The position numbers and the translations under genes were made by a program. This document shows positions 37,430 to 46,782 of a stretch of 64,000 nt of DNA, piece by piece (within the stretch, counting starts at the first letter, position 1; every line of letters begins with the position of its first letter). The stretch is from Candidatus Saccharimonadota bacterium (GTDB lineage: Bacteria; Patescibacteriota; Saccharimonadia; Saccharimonadales; JACOTW01). The stretch is from contig JACOTW010000002.1 in assembly GCA_016178135.1 (NCBI GenBank), positions 77,043 to 141,042 on the forward strand, read 5' to 3'. Below the pieces are notes generated by a model. That model saw only the letters and a list, made by a program, of their open reading frames with translations. It made no database searches and was not told the origin of the DNA.

Positions 37430-37890
37430 TAACCCAACTTTCGCACTTATGGACATAACATTCCAGCTTGCCCTGATTCCGCACTCATAATAACGACTTT
37501 CGCACTTTTCCATCGCCCCCGTTCACACCAAACCGGCTGCAAACAGTTTTTCTGTCCTCGATGTAGCCACAGCTACCTCTCCGCCAGATAAAACTGTTTC
37601 GCTCGGTTTGATGCAACCTGGCATCGACAGATATAGTCCCCGCAAAACAAATTCGTGGGTTTTTGAAGCAATGATCTTTGAGCCAAAAGCTGACTTTTCC
37701 GAGAGAGACATATCCTTAGATACGTTGAACGAGGAAAGGCGGTTTTGGGCCAAAGAGGGTGATTCGAAAAGTCGGGAATTTGTTTTGCGGGGGCTATAAG
37801 TGCGAAACTCGTGATAATTAGCACTATTTGACTCTCTGACGAATTGATCTGGGGATGGGGGAGCTTTGCGACAGATTCAGTATAAGTCCA
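37430..37890. repeat. Nested mosaic of families D, A and B (full B6 at 37633-37796)
   Basis: In order: D-left fragments (ACTTTCGCACTTTTCCATCGCCCC), the A centre, a full B (beta) copy with TA flanks, the D-right end (AGTGCGAAACTCGTG) and the A-right end (TCTGGGGATGGGGGAGCTTTGCGACAG). Confidence 0.8.
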
Positions 37891-38160
37891 GCACACGTAG
37901 TGCCCAGATTATTTAGTTTCCGAAACGTAACACCTTCCAAAATGTTGCAAGTTTAACATCATAATGTGCTTGACCGCCTCTGTTATTGGTGCTAAGATAG
38001 TTTGGCTACTTGAGTTTAGGCACGAGGTTATTTGCATAAACCGCCAAGCTTCCAGCGTAAACTCAAGCTTCTGGAATAAACTAATCATATTTAGTGAGAT
38101 GTTCTTGAGTTAGTAATTTAACAATTTAGGTTTAAATTAAAGTATAAGGATGACGAGTTG

Positions 38161-38188
38161 TTGGTATTACCAATAACTAGTCAAATGT
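38161..38188 (+). other. 5' half of the 23S precursor processing stem
   Basis: TTGGTATTACCAATAACTAGTCAAATG is complementary (~24 of 27) to 43255-43281 (GCATTGACTAGTTATTGGTGTTACCAA). Confidence 0.65.
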
Positions 38189-38908
38189 ACATATGGGATA
38201 ATTTATCTCATATATCGTAAAAAGTTACATAAGCGCACACAAGGGATGCCTTGACGTGAGATACCGATGAAGGACGTGAGAAGCTGCGAAAAGCTTCGGG
38301 GAGCTGCTTACTAAGCTATGAACCGAAGATATCCGAATGGGGAAACCCGGCTAGAGTCATGTCTAGTCACCCGTAATTGAATATATAGATTACGAGGCGG
38401 GAACCAGGGGAACTGAAACATCTTAGTACCCTGAGGAAGAGAAAGTAAACAACGATTCCGGGAGTAGTGGCGAGCGAAACTGGAATAGCCCAAACCTTTT
38501 AAGTTTTTGTCTGCTCATTTATGGGCGGACAAATAAGTTGGTAGACGAATATTTAAAAGGGGTTGTGACACTACAAAAAACCTTTTGTAGGACCTGGACG
38601 TAGTCCAGATTCTACATAAGGCGGCAGGAGCTACCATTATTCTGCATAAGGTTAGAAATTTGCGAGGTGAGCAGAAGGAATTGGAAAGTTCCGCCAGAGA
38701 CGGTGAAAGCCCGGTATGCCAAACTTCGCAAACCTTATATTTGTAGAGCTTGTGCCGAGCACAAGCGAGTGAAAAGATAAAGGTCTTTTGGATTTTTGCT
38801 TTTAACTTGCTCGTGCGAAGTGCGAGCGATTGTCGAGTAGGTCGGGACACGTGAAACCCTGACTGAATCCGGGACGACCACGTCCCAAGGCTAAATATAT
38901 CTTGCGAT

Positions 38909-38939
<31 letters not shown>

Positions 38940-40548
38940 TAAAAGAACCCCGGAAGGGGAGTGAAATAGAACCTGAAATTGTGTGCGTACAAGGAGTCGG
39001 AGCCCCGCATATGCGGGGTGACGGCGTGCTTTTTGTAGAACGATCCAGCGAGTTAATTATTACGGCAAGCCTAAGACATCTGTCGGAGGCATAGTGAAAG
39101 CGAGGCTGAATAGGCCGTTAGGGATTTATCCCTTAAGTCGTGGTAATTAGACCCGAAACCAGGTGACCTAACCATGGGCAGGTTGAAGCGCAGGTAAAAC
39201 TGCGTGGAGGACCGAACCGTCGAGTATTGCAACACTCTCGGATGACCTGTGGTTAGCGGTGAAATGCCAATCGAACCTGGAGATAGCTGGTTCTCCTCGA
39301 AATAGCTTTAGGGCTAGCGTCGTACGGTAGCATGTAGGGGTAGAGCTCTGTTTCGGACTGGGGCGCGTAAGCGTACTCACCCTTGACAAACTACGAATAC
39401 TACATGTGGAACTACGGCAGTCAGAACGCCGGGGCTAAGCTCGGCGCTCGAAAGGGAAACAGCCCAGACCATCATCTAAGGTCCCTAAGTCTATGCTAAG
39501 TGGGAAACGAGGTGAGATTTCTTAAACAACTAGGATGTTGGCTTAGAAGCAGCCATTCATTTAAAGAGTGCGTAACAGCTCACTAGTCAAGAGATCTTGC
39601 GCGGAAAATGTAACGGGGCTAAGCATAGCACCGAAGATATGGATGTCACATTTATGTGGCGTGGTAGAGGAGCGTTGATATTGCATTGAAGTTGGACTGC
39701 GAGGTCTGGTGGAGCGGTATCAAGTGAGAATGCTGGAATGAGTAACCATAAGGCAGGTGAGAATCCTGCCCGCCGAAAGAGCAAGGTTTCCTGGGCCACG
39801 ATAATCGTCCCAGGGTTAGTCGGTCCTAAGCCGAGGCGCGTAGCGTAGGCGATGGACAACGGGTTAATATTCCCGTACTAGTCATACATTGTTTGAAATG
39901 ACGCATCATGTTAGCAGGAGCGAATTCATGGTTATATTCGTCTAATCTCGATTAACGTCGGGAGAATGAAAAGCCATTTTGGCTGATTCTTGTGAGAGTG
40001 GTGACTAGAAAATCTTTCAAACTTGTGTGTATGGCTATCCGTACCGCAAACCGACACAGGTGCTCAGGTCGAGTAGACCAATGGCGTACGAGTGATTCTT
40101 CGTTAAGGAACTCGGCAATTTAGCGACCGTAACTTCGGGATAAGGTCTGCCCCGTCACAGTGTCTATGACATTCGTGACTTGCCAGTTTTCTTTTTGAAA
40201 ACAATAGGTGTCTTGGCGTAAGTTTTTAACTTCTTACGTTCAAGCGCAAAGACGAGCATCCACCAACTGGTGGATTGAGAAAAGAAAGCTGACCCCATAG
40301 AATTACGTTTTAGTAAGTCTATTAAGTCAATTATCGTGGTAGATAATGTGACGGGGCCGCAGCTAAGGAGCCCACGCAACTGTTTACCAAAAACATAGGT
40401 CTCTGCTAACACGAAAGTGGATGTATAGGGGCTGACTCCTGCCCAGTGCTGGAAGGTTAAGGGGAGTGCTTTACGGTGCGAACTGAAGCCCCAGTGAACG
40501 GCGGCGGTAACTATAACCGTCCTAAGGTAGCGAAATTCCTTGTCAGGT

Positions 40549-41256
40549 AATAAACTTGCCTGAAAAGCAAAGCGATTTGCTTAGAGTAAACCAACTAATA
40601 ACGGGGAAATCTAAAACTGTTTTCAACAGTAATGACAATCCCGTGGCAATCATTCGCTTTACATAGTGAATGGAAGCCGTAACGACTAATCCGAAAGGAG
40701 AGGTACATGATGAAAAATGTACAATACGTTGGCTCTCGCCCAAAAAAGGAATCCATGGAGTTTGCTTGGTATATTACAGGTTTTACAGATGGAGAAGGTT
40801 GTTTTTCGGTTAGTTTTAACCAGCGTGCAAAACTGAAAACTGGTATCGAAGTGAGACCAAGTTTTTCTATTGCACAGAACAAACGCAGCCTACAGGTATT
40901 GAAAGACATTCATGCCTACTTCGGATGTGGCGCGATTCGTTTCAGTAAGCGCGATCAAATGTATAAATATGAAGTACGTTCGATTAGCGATCTGAGGTTG
41001 CGAATTATCCCGCATTTTCAGAAGTTTCCATTGTTAACCAGTAAAGCTAATGATTTTGAGATATTCGCCAAGGTATGTGAGCTGATTCATCAGTCGCATC
41101 ACCTGAATGCAGAATATCTTAAACAGATCATCATACAGAGTCATCTTATGAATAAGTCTGGAATCAGACGCAATAGCCAAGATGAGCTTCTAAAGATTCT
41201 GGCGAGATGAAAAGATAGTCTGATCTGCTTGGAAACGAGCAGCTAACTAAACTATG
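40549..41256 (+). mobile_element. Group-I-like intron in 23S domain IV at the L1951-type site
   Basis: The exons rejoin to CCTTGTCAGGT|AAGTTCTGACCCGCACGAATGG. The 5' exon ends in U and the insert ends in G, the group I splice-site rule. It carries a LAGLIDADG ORF. Confidence 0.8.
40707..41210 (+). CDS. LAGLIDADG homing endonuclease (23S intron 1)
   Basis: 'WYITGFTDGEGCFSVSF' and 'IIPHFQKFPLLTSK'. SD AAGGAGAGG is upstream. It is a paralog of the 16S-insert ORF. Confidence 0.85.
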   Translation: MMKNVQYVGSRPKKESMEFAWYITGFTDGEGCFSVSFNQRAKLKTGIEVRPSFSIAQNKRSLQVLKDIHAYFGCGAIRFSKRDQMYKYEVRSISDLRLRIIPHFQKFPLLTSKANDFEIFAKVCELIHQSHHLNAEYLKQIIIQSHLMNKSGIRRNSQDELLKILAR

Positions 41257-41352
41257 AAGTTCTGACCCGCACGAATGGAGTAATGATGTGGGCACTGTCT
41301 CAACGAAGAGCTCGGTGAAAGTGCATTGACGGTAAAGATGCCGTCTGTCCGC

Positions 41353-41384
<32 letters not shown>

Positions 41385-41830
41385 ACAGCTTGACATTGGG
41401 CATAGGGACAACATGTGTAGGATAGGTGGGAGACTTTGAAGCTTTGGCGCTAGCCGAGGTGGAGTCATCGGTGAAATACCACCCTTGTTGTTTTTGTGTC
41501 CTTACGGGGACCACAATTTGCAGAGCAAATTGAGTAATTAGTATGCAACATTTATCACATAAGATAAATTACGCAGTATTACTCACGATTGGTCTTCAAG
41601 TTCTGGTTCCTGGACAGTGTCTGGTGGGTAGTTTAACTGGGGCGGTTGCCTCCCAAAGAGTAGCGGAGGCGTTCAAAGGTTGGCTAGGTTCGGATGGAAA
41701 TCGAATCGATAGTGCATACGCATAAGCCAGCTTGACTGTGAGGCCTACAAGCCAATCAGACACGAAAGTGGGAGTAAGTGACCCGTTGTATCGGCCATTT
41801 ATGGCCATTGAACGTGGGATCGACAACGCA

Positions 41831-41863
<33 letters not shown>

Positions 41864-41999
41864 TATAGCGCCCAATAGTTCACATAGACGGCGCTGTTTG
41901 GCACCTCGATGTCGGCTCATCTCATCCTGGAGGGGGAGCACCTTCCAAGGGTCCGGCTGTTCGCCGGTTAAAGAGGTACGTGAGCTGGGTTCAGAACGT

Positions 42000-42765
42000 A
42001 AATTACATTGCGTTCTACCACTGAGAAGTGGTAAAGTACGGATGTACATCGCATCAATGGTACTAAATTCGACTAATATCGGTGAAACCTTACTTTAAAG
42101 TTTCGAACGACTTAAAAAGGCAATACCGAGGGAAGACGAAATCGAAAGTGACTCAAGAAGAAAAGGCCTACATAGCTGGATTTCTTGATGGTGATGGTTC
42201 AATCATGGCTCAATTAGTTTATCGTAAAGATTACAAATTGGGCTATCAGATACGAACCAGTATAGTTTTCTATCAGAAAACTAACCATCATGATTTCATC
42301 CTTTGGCTAAAGGACCAGTTAGGCTATGGTTATGTTCGCACGCGTCGTGACGGCATGAGCGAGTACGCCATAGTTGGCTTTAGGGAAGTTAGTCATGTGT
42401 TGACACTTCTGTATCCCTTTCTTCATCTCAAAAAAGCATTAGCTGAACGTGTTATTGCCCTTATAGAGCAACATCCGTCTCAGCGAAAACTAACTGCACA
42501 GCAATTGGTCGTTTTGAGTAAGCTCGTTGATAAAACAGCAAGTTTTAATTACTCTAAAAAACGAACTAATACGAGCATGCAAGTTATAGCTTTTTTGCGA
42601 GAGCACAAGATTTTTGTCCCCGTAGAGACTGATTCTGCCAAATAGACCGGGCAGATGAGATGGGACCCACAACTAATGGCCCATCATACGTCGACCCCTA
42701 GTCTCAAGCACATTGAGAAAGGGAGAAGATATAGTCCGTGCCATCAGAAATGGTGGAATTACACG
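42000..42765 (+). mobile_element. Group-I-like intron in 23S domain V at the I-CreI (Cr.LSU-type) site
   Basis: The exons rejoin to GGGTTCAGAACGT|CGTGAGACAGTTCGG. The 5' exon ends in U and the insert ends in G. Confidence 0.85.
42082..42645 (+). CDS. I-CreI-family LAGLIDADG homing endonuclease (23S intron 2)
   Basis: From memory of I-CreI: '[16 protein letters not shown]' matches 'YLAGFVDGDGSIIAQI', '[17 protein letters not shown]' matches 'GVGYVRDRGSVSDYIL', '[24 protein letters not shown]' matches 'LQPFLKLKQKQANLVLKIIEQLPS', and '[10 protein letters not shown]' matches 'NDSKTRKTTS'. The start codon is uncertain (GTG). Confidence 0.85.
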   Translation: MKPYFKVSNDLKRQYRGKTKSKVTQEEKAYIAGFLDGDGSIMAQLVYRKDYKLGYQIRTSIVFYQKTNHHDFILWLKDQLGYGYVRTRRDGMSEYAIVGFREVSHVLTLLYPFLHLKKALAERVIALIEQHPSQRKLTAQQLVVLSKLVDKTASFNYSKKRTNTSMQVIAFLREHKIFVPVETDSAK

Positions 42766-43478
42766 CGTGAGACAGTTCGGTTTATATCCGCTGTGGACGA
42801 TAGGAAATTTGAGGGAATTTGCTCGTAGTACGAGAGGACCCGAGTGAACGCACCGCTGGTGTACCAATTGTCATACCAATGGCATTGTTGGGTAGCTATG
42901 TGCGGACCAGATAAGCGCTGAAAGCATATTAAGCGCGAAACTGACCCCAAGATTAGATTTCCCGGAGATTTATCTCTAGAGGACCCTGAAAGACGATCAG
43001 GTTGATAGGCGCAAGGTGAAAGTGCGGTAACGTATTGAGCCGAAGTGTACTAATAGTCCCATCGACTTTTTACGACCCATGAAATGTGCGCCGCTAATCT
43101 GGACACTTGGCTTTGCCAGGCCTATAGATTAGTTTTTGACACAAGATGTGATATTTTGTTTATGATACTAAAGGAATAGTATTTTTGTACAACTCCTCTA
43201 GGCTTATTTACATAACGTTGATTTTGTAATCAAACGCACACCTCATGGTGAAGTGCATTGACTAGTTATTGGTGTTACCAAGAGGTAACACACGATCCTT
43301 ATACGGCATTTATTGAAATATATCACAAGTGGTATAGGCATTGTATAGACTATATCGTATATGGTATATTCATGGACATCAACAGAGCGCCTACGGTGCG
43401 GAATATGGAATATTGAAGATGCTTCAAAAAAGCTAACTTCTACCTTCTACCAATTTCCGTGTCATCGAGACGCGAAAA

Positions 43479-43590
43479 TTGGTGCCCATGGCGCGAGGGA
43501 AACACCTGTTCCCATCCCGAACACAGCAGTTAAGCCTCGCAGCGGTTACAATACTTGGGTTTTAACCCTGGGAAAATAGCACGGTGCCAA
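43479..43590 (+). rRNA. rrf: 5S rRNA
   Basis: TTGGTGCCCATGGCGCGAGGGAAACACCTGTTCCCATCCCGAACACAGCAGTTAAGCC...GGTGCCAA. The conserved CCCATCCCGAACACAG loop C/helix III block is present, and the ends pair. Confidence 0.9.
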
Positions 43591-43600
43591 ATTATATAAT

Positions 43601-43628
43601 GAGACCCCCAAAAGGGGTCTTTTTATTT
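43601..43628 (+). terminator. Rho-independent terminator of the 23S-5S unit
   Basis: GAGACCCC-CAAAA-GGGGTCTC followed by TTTTTATTTTT. Confidence 0.75.
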
Positions 43629-43788
43629 TTCTTAAACGTAAAGCATAACGTAAAACATGATTTTATTGACATGAGCGCAATGTAGTGCTATTATTAGTGT
43701 ATTCGATAGAGGTAAGGGGGTTCGGCCATCTTTTGTGGTAGGACCCTTTTATTTCACTCGAGAGAATTAATAACGGAGGTCACATAAT

Positions 43789-43986
43789 ATGGCTGGAACT
43801 AAAGATGGTGGCAAAGCTGCTGCTTCAACTAATAAGACTAAATATGGTGCTGATTTTTATGCAAAAATTGGAGCTATGGGTGGTAAAAAAGGAAAAACCG
43901 GTGGTTTTTATGCTAATCGCGAACTAGCTCGTATTGCTGGTGCAAGGGGTGGTCGTATTAGCCGTCGCTCTAAAAAAATAGCCTAA
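43789..43986 (+). CDS. KGG-repeat general stress protein (YciG/GsiB-like)
   Basis: 65 aa. 'GGKKGKTGGFYANRELARIAGARGG' is the stress-induced KGG repeat pattern. SD GGAGG is upstream. Confidence 0.65.
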   Translation: MAGTKDGGKAAASTNKTKYGADFYAKIGAMGGKKGKTGGFYANRELARIAGARGGRISRRSKKIA

Positions 43987-44157
43987 ACTGGACCTGTCGC
44001 AAAATCCCACTGATGAAAGGTAAAACAGTAGCAGCAACCATGATTTTTCTTGTATTTATTGTGCCAAAAGGTACCTAAACGGTACATTTTGAAGCAAAAA
44101 ATACAGGAAAAGTGGTCGACCTACTGTTTTAGCCATCAGTGGGATTTTGTCAGGCTC
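43986..44157. mobile_element. Palindromic element, family G (A-like terminus, distinct interior)
   Basis: The left end ACTGGACCTGTCGCAAAATCCCACTGATGAAAGGTAAAACAGTAG is an inverted repeat of the right end CTACTGTTTTAGCCATCAGTGGGATTTTGTCAGG. It fills the gap between two convergent genes and contains the stop codon of the 44150 ORF. Confidence 0.7.
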
Positions 44158-44599
44158 TTAGCCGGTATGGGCGACAAAACCTAGAACTAGTAACGCGCCA
44201 TACAAGGCCACAGTTTAGGCAGTAATAATGACGACTATCGCTTTGTAAGCCGTTACTAGTGCACTCTGGACAAGTGCTACGAGCATCTAGCCAATCTCTG
44301 TATGTATCAATGCAGTCTTGTATGTGATTTTTATCTATGATTATGTCATAATTTGCTGCCAGTTTTTCGGCTTTTGACCAAGCGGCTACCTCTAACATCA
44401 AAAGTTCCATGTCTGTTTTATAGATTGTATGGTTGAGGAGTCCGTGAGCAAGCTCGTGCATTAGTGACCACTCTGCTACGCTGGAATATTCAGATTTATA
44501 TATGATTTTCTTCTCTTCGGGTGACCAGCAAAATGCTTCGCCAGACACAAAACTAAGTTCTGTAAAATCTTTAGCCAGTCTATCAAGTAGATTTTGCAT
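44150..44599 (-). CDS. Putative zinc metallopeptidase-like protein (HExxH) with a C-terminal zinc ribbon
   Basis: 'LMHELAHGLL' is an HExxH motif, and 'CPEC...(14)...CLNC' looks like a zinc ribbon. It overlaps the upstream ROK gene by 17 nt, suggesting an operon. Confidence 0.5.
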   Translation of the reverse strand: MQNLLDRLAKDFTELSFVSGEAFCWSPEEKKIIYKSEYSSVAEWSLMHELAHGLLNHTIYKTDMELLMLEVAAWSKAEKLAANYDIIIDKNHIQDCIDTYRDWLDARSTCPECTSNGLQSDSRHYYCLNCGLVWRVTSSRFCRPYRLRA

Positions 44600-45563
44600 G
44601 ACTATCCCTTATTAATTCATAACAACCATATATTACAGCTTCTTCTGGCCGTTGTGCTTGTAGAATAGGAGGCATAGAAATTAATGGCATCTTGTATTTT
44701 TTTAGTTCGTTAACTAAAAAATCAGCAAATCTATCATAATAAGATGCCACCCCACCACCTAGAATTACTACTTCTGGCTCAAATAGTGATATGAAATTAA
44801 TAAGTCCTACGGATAAGTCTCTGGCAATAATCTGCCAAATTTTAGGATCTTCTATTTCGCTCGCTCTCTTGCCAAAACGTCTTACGATTGCTTTGCCTGA
44901 AGCAAAATTTTCCCATAACTCCATAGCTCCATCGTGCTCAACTAGCAATCCTTTGCCACCACTATCTCCTAATGATAAATCAATTACTCCACTTGTTACC
45001 AGGGCAGCCCCTATACCGGTTCCTATGGTTATGTATAGTACTTTATCGTAGTCTTGCTTAACAAGAATCGCTTCAGATAGGGCTCCTAGTTTTGCATCGT
45101 TTTCTACGGCAACAGGACACTTAACAATTTTTTCTAGATCAGATTGAATAAATTTATTTTTCCAGTTTAGATTCCCGCTACTTTTAAGTTTGCCTTGCTC
45201 TCTATCTAAGACACACGGGATACCTACACCGGCCCCCAGAAAACTATTAGTCTGTAGAACAGATATACTTGACTTACGCAAAATCGCCCGTTCCCAGGCT
45301 AAATCAGCTCGAGTTGGGAGTGGTTTGGCTGAAGGAGAGGTAGCCATAGCTACATCGAGAGAAGACAGACTGCTACCAGCCGAGATGAATTGGTCTGGGG
45401 ATGGGGGAGCTTTGCGTAAGTCCAGTATATTACTCCCCAGTTCTATTAAAAAATCATCATAGTTCTTGATCGTAGGGAATCGTAGTTTTTTTATTATATT
45501 ACCCATATCATCAAAAGAGGCAACAAGTGTTTTTGTCCCTCCAACATCTACAGCCAAATACAT
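44583..45563 (-). CDS. ROK-family sugar kinase (glucokinase-like) interrupted in frame by a family A repeat
   Basis: 'MYLAVDVGGTKT', 'GAGVGIPC', 'ENDAKLGALSE', 'ITIGTGIGAAL' and 'ILGGGV'. Residues ~46-99 ('ILDLRKAPPSPDQFISAGSSLSSLDVAMATSPSAKPLPTRADLAWERAILRKSSI') are the translated repeat A12. Confidence 0.85.
   Translation of the reverse strand: MYLAVDVGGTKTLVASFDDMGNIIKKLRFPTIKNYDDFLIELGSNILDLRKAPPSPDQFISAGSSLSSLDVAMATSPSAKPLPTRADLAWERAILRKSSISVLQTNSFLGAGVGIPCVLDREQGKLKSSGNLNWKNKFIQSDLEKIVKCPVAVENDAKLGALSEAILVKQDYDKVLYITIGTGIGAALVTSGVIDLSLGDSGGKGLLVEHDGAMELWENFASGKAIVRRFGKRASEIEDPKIWQIIARDLSVGLINFISLFEPEVVILGGGVASYYDRFADFLVNELKKYKMPLISMPPILQAQRPEEAVIYGCYELIRDSHAKST
45267..45426. mobile_element. 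Family A element A12 (full) inside the ROK kinase ORF
   Basis: 160 bp with AT/AT flanks. The internal ~125 bp differ at one position from the intergenic copy at 48627-48788, which is inverted. Confidence 0.9.
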
Positions 45564-45704
45564 AAGAACAGTTTACGTTTTTACTACTTATATGTCCAGT
45601 TGAGTGGATTGCTTTTACAGATTGGAACAGGTATAATATTTTTATAAGACTGATCGGACTAACAACTCAAGGGTTGCCGCAGGGATAAGGAGACATGTAT
45701 TAGT

Positions 45705-46766
45705 ATGTCAAACGATATGACTATGGATGAGCTTTTGGCTTCAACGGAAGTAAAAGAGCTTAAAACTGGTGATGTGATTGAAGCAACAATTACTTCAGTT
45801 CGTAAACATGAGGTCTGGGTCGATTTAGGGGCTAATGGCGTTGGCGTGGTTATGCGTCGAGAGATCGGCTATGGTCAACAACTGGAAGAGGGTGAAAAAG
45901 TTACTACTAGCGTAGTTGATCCAGAGCTTGAAGAAGGCTACGCTCTGCTTAGTATGAAGCGTGCAGTTAAGGACAGGGGATGGGATGAGCTTCAAAGGAT
46001 TTTTGACAACCAGGAAATTATTGAGATTACGGCCTACGATGCTAATCGAGGTGGTTTATTGGTTGAGCTTGAAGGTATACGCGGATTTCTGCCTGTTTCA
46101 CAGCTCGCCGCCGGCCATTACCCTCGTGTATCAGGGGCGGACAAAGATGAAATTCTACAGAAACTTAACCAGTTGGCTGGCAAGCCAATGCGAGTTCGTA
46201 TTTTAGATGTGAGTCGCAAGGATAATAAACTTATTTTTTCAGAAAAAGAAGCCATAAAAGATTACATGCAATCACGCCTAACCGAGCTTAAGGTGGGTGA
46301 TGTGGTGGAAGGGGTTATTACAGGGGTTATAGATTTCGGAGCGTTTGTAAATGTCGATGGCATCGAGGGCTTGATTCATATTTCAGAGATTTCTTGGGAG
46401 AGAGTAGAAAATCCTCGTAACTATATAAAGATCGGCCAGGTCATAAAAGCCAAGATTATTTCAATTGATAAAGATCGTTTATCGCTTAGCCTTAAACAGA
46501 TGACTGAAGACCCGTGGCTGCAAGAAGTTAAATCTTTTAAAAAAGATGACGTGGTGGAAGGTAAAGTAACCAGAATTACGCCATTTGGAGCTTTTGTACA
46601 ACTTTCATCTGCAGTTGAAGCCCTCGTCCATGTATCTGAAATGAGTAATGACGAAGGTATTGATCCAGAAAAAATCTTTCAACTTAATGAAAAAAAGAAA
46701 TTCAAGGTATTGGAAATTGATACTGAAGCTCGAAAGATCGCTCTAAGTCTAAAAAACGCTAAATAG
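45705..46766 (+). CDS. rpsA: 30S ribosomal protein S1 (four S1 domains)
   Basis: Four repeats of the S1 OB-fold pattern ('GDVIEATI..', 'G.LPVSQL', 'GDVVEGVITGVIDFGAFVNV..GLIHISE', 'DDVVEGKVTRITPFGAFVQL..ALVHVSE'). Confidence 0.9.
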   Translation: MSNDMTMDELLASTEVKELKTGDVIEATITSVRKHEVWVDLGANGVGVVMRREIGYGQQLEEGEKVTTSVVDPELEEGYALLSMKRAVKDRGWDELQRIFDNQEIIEITAYDANRGGLLVELEGIRGFLPVSQLAAGHYPRVSGADKDEILQKLNQLAGKPMRVRILDVSRKDNKLIFSEKEAIKDYMQSRLTELKVGDVVEGVITGVIDFGAFVNVDGIEGLIHISEISWERVENPRNYIKIGQVIKAKIISIDKDRLSLSLKQMTEDPWLQEVKSFKKDDVVEGKVTRITPFGAFVQLSSAVEALVHVSEMSNDEGIDPEKIFQLNEKKKFKVLEIDTEARKIALSLKNAK

Positions 46767-46782
46767 CGAAGGGTGGTTAAGC

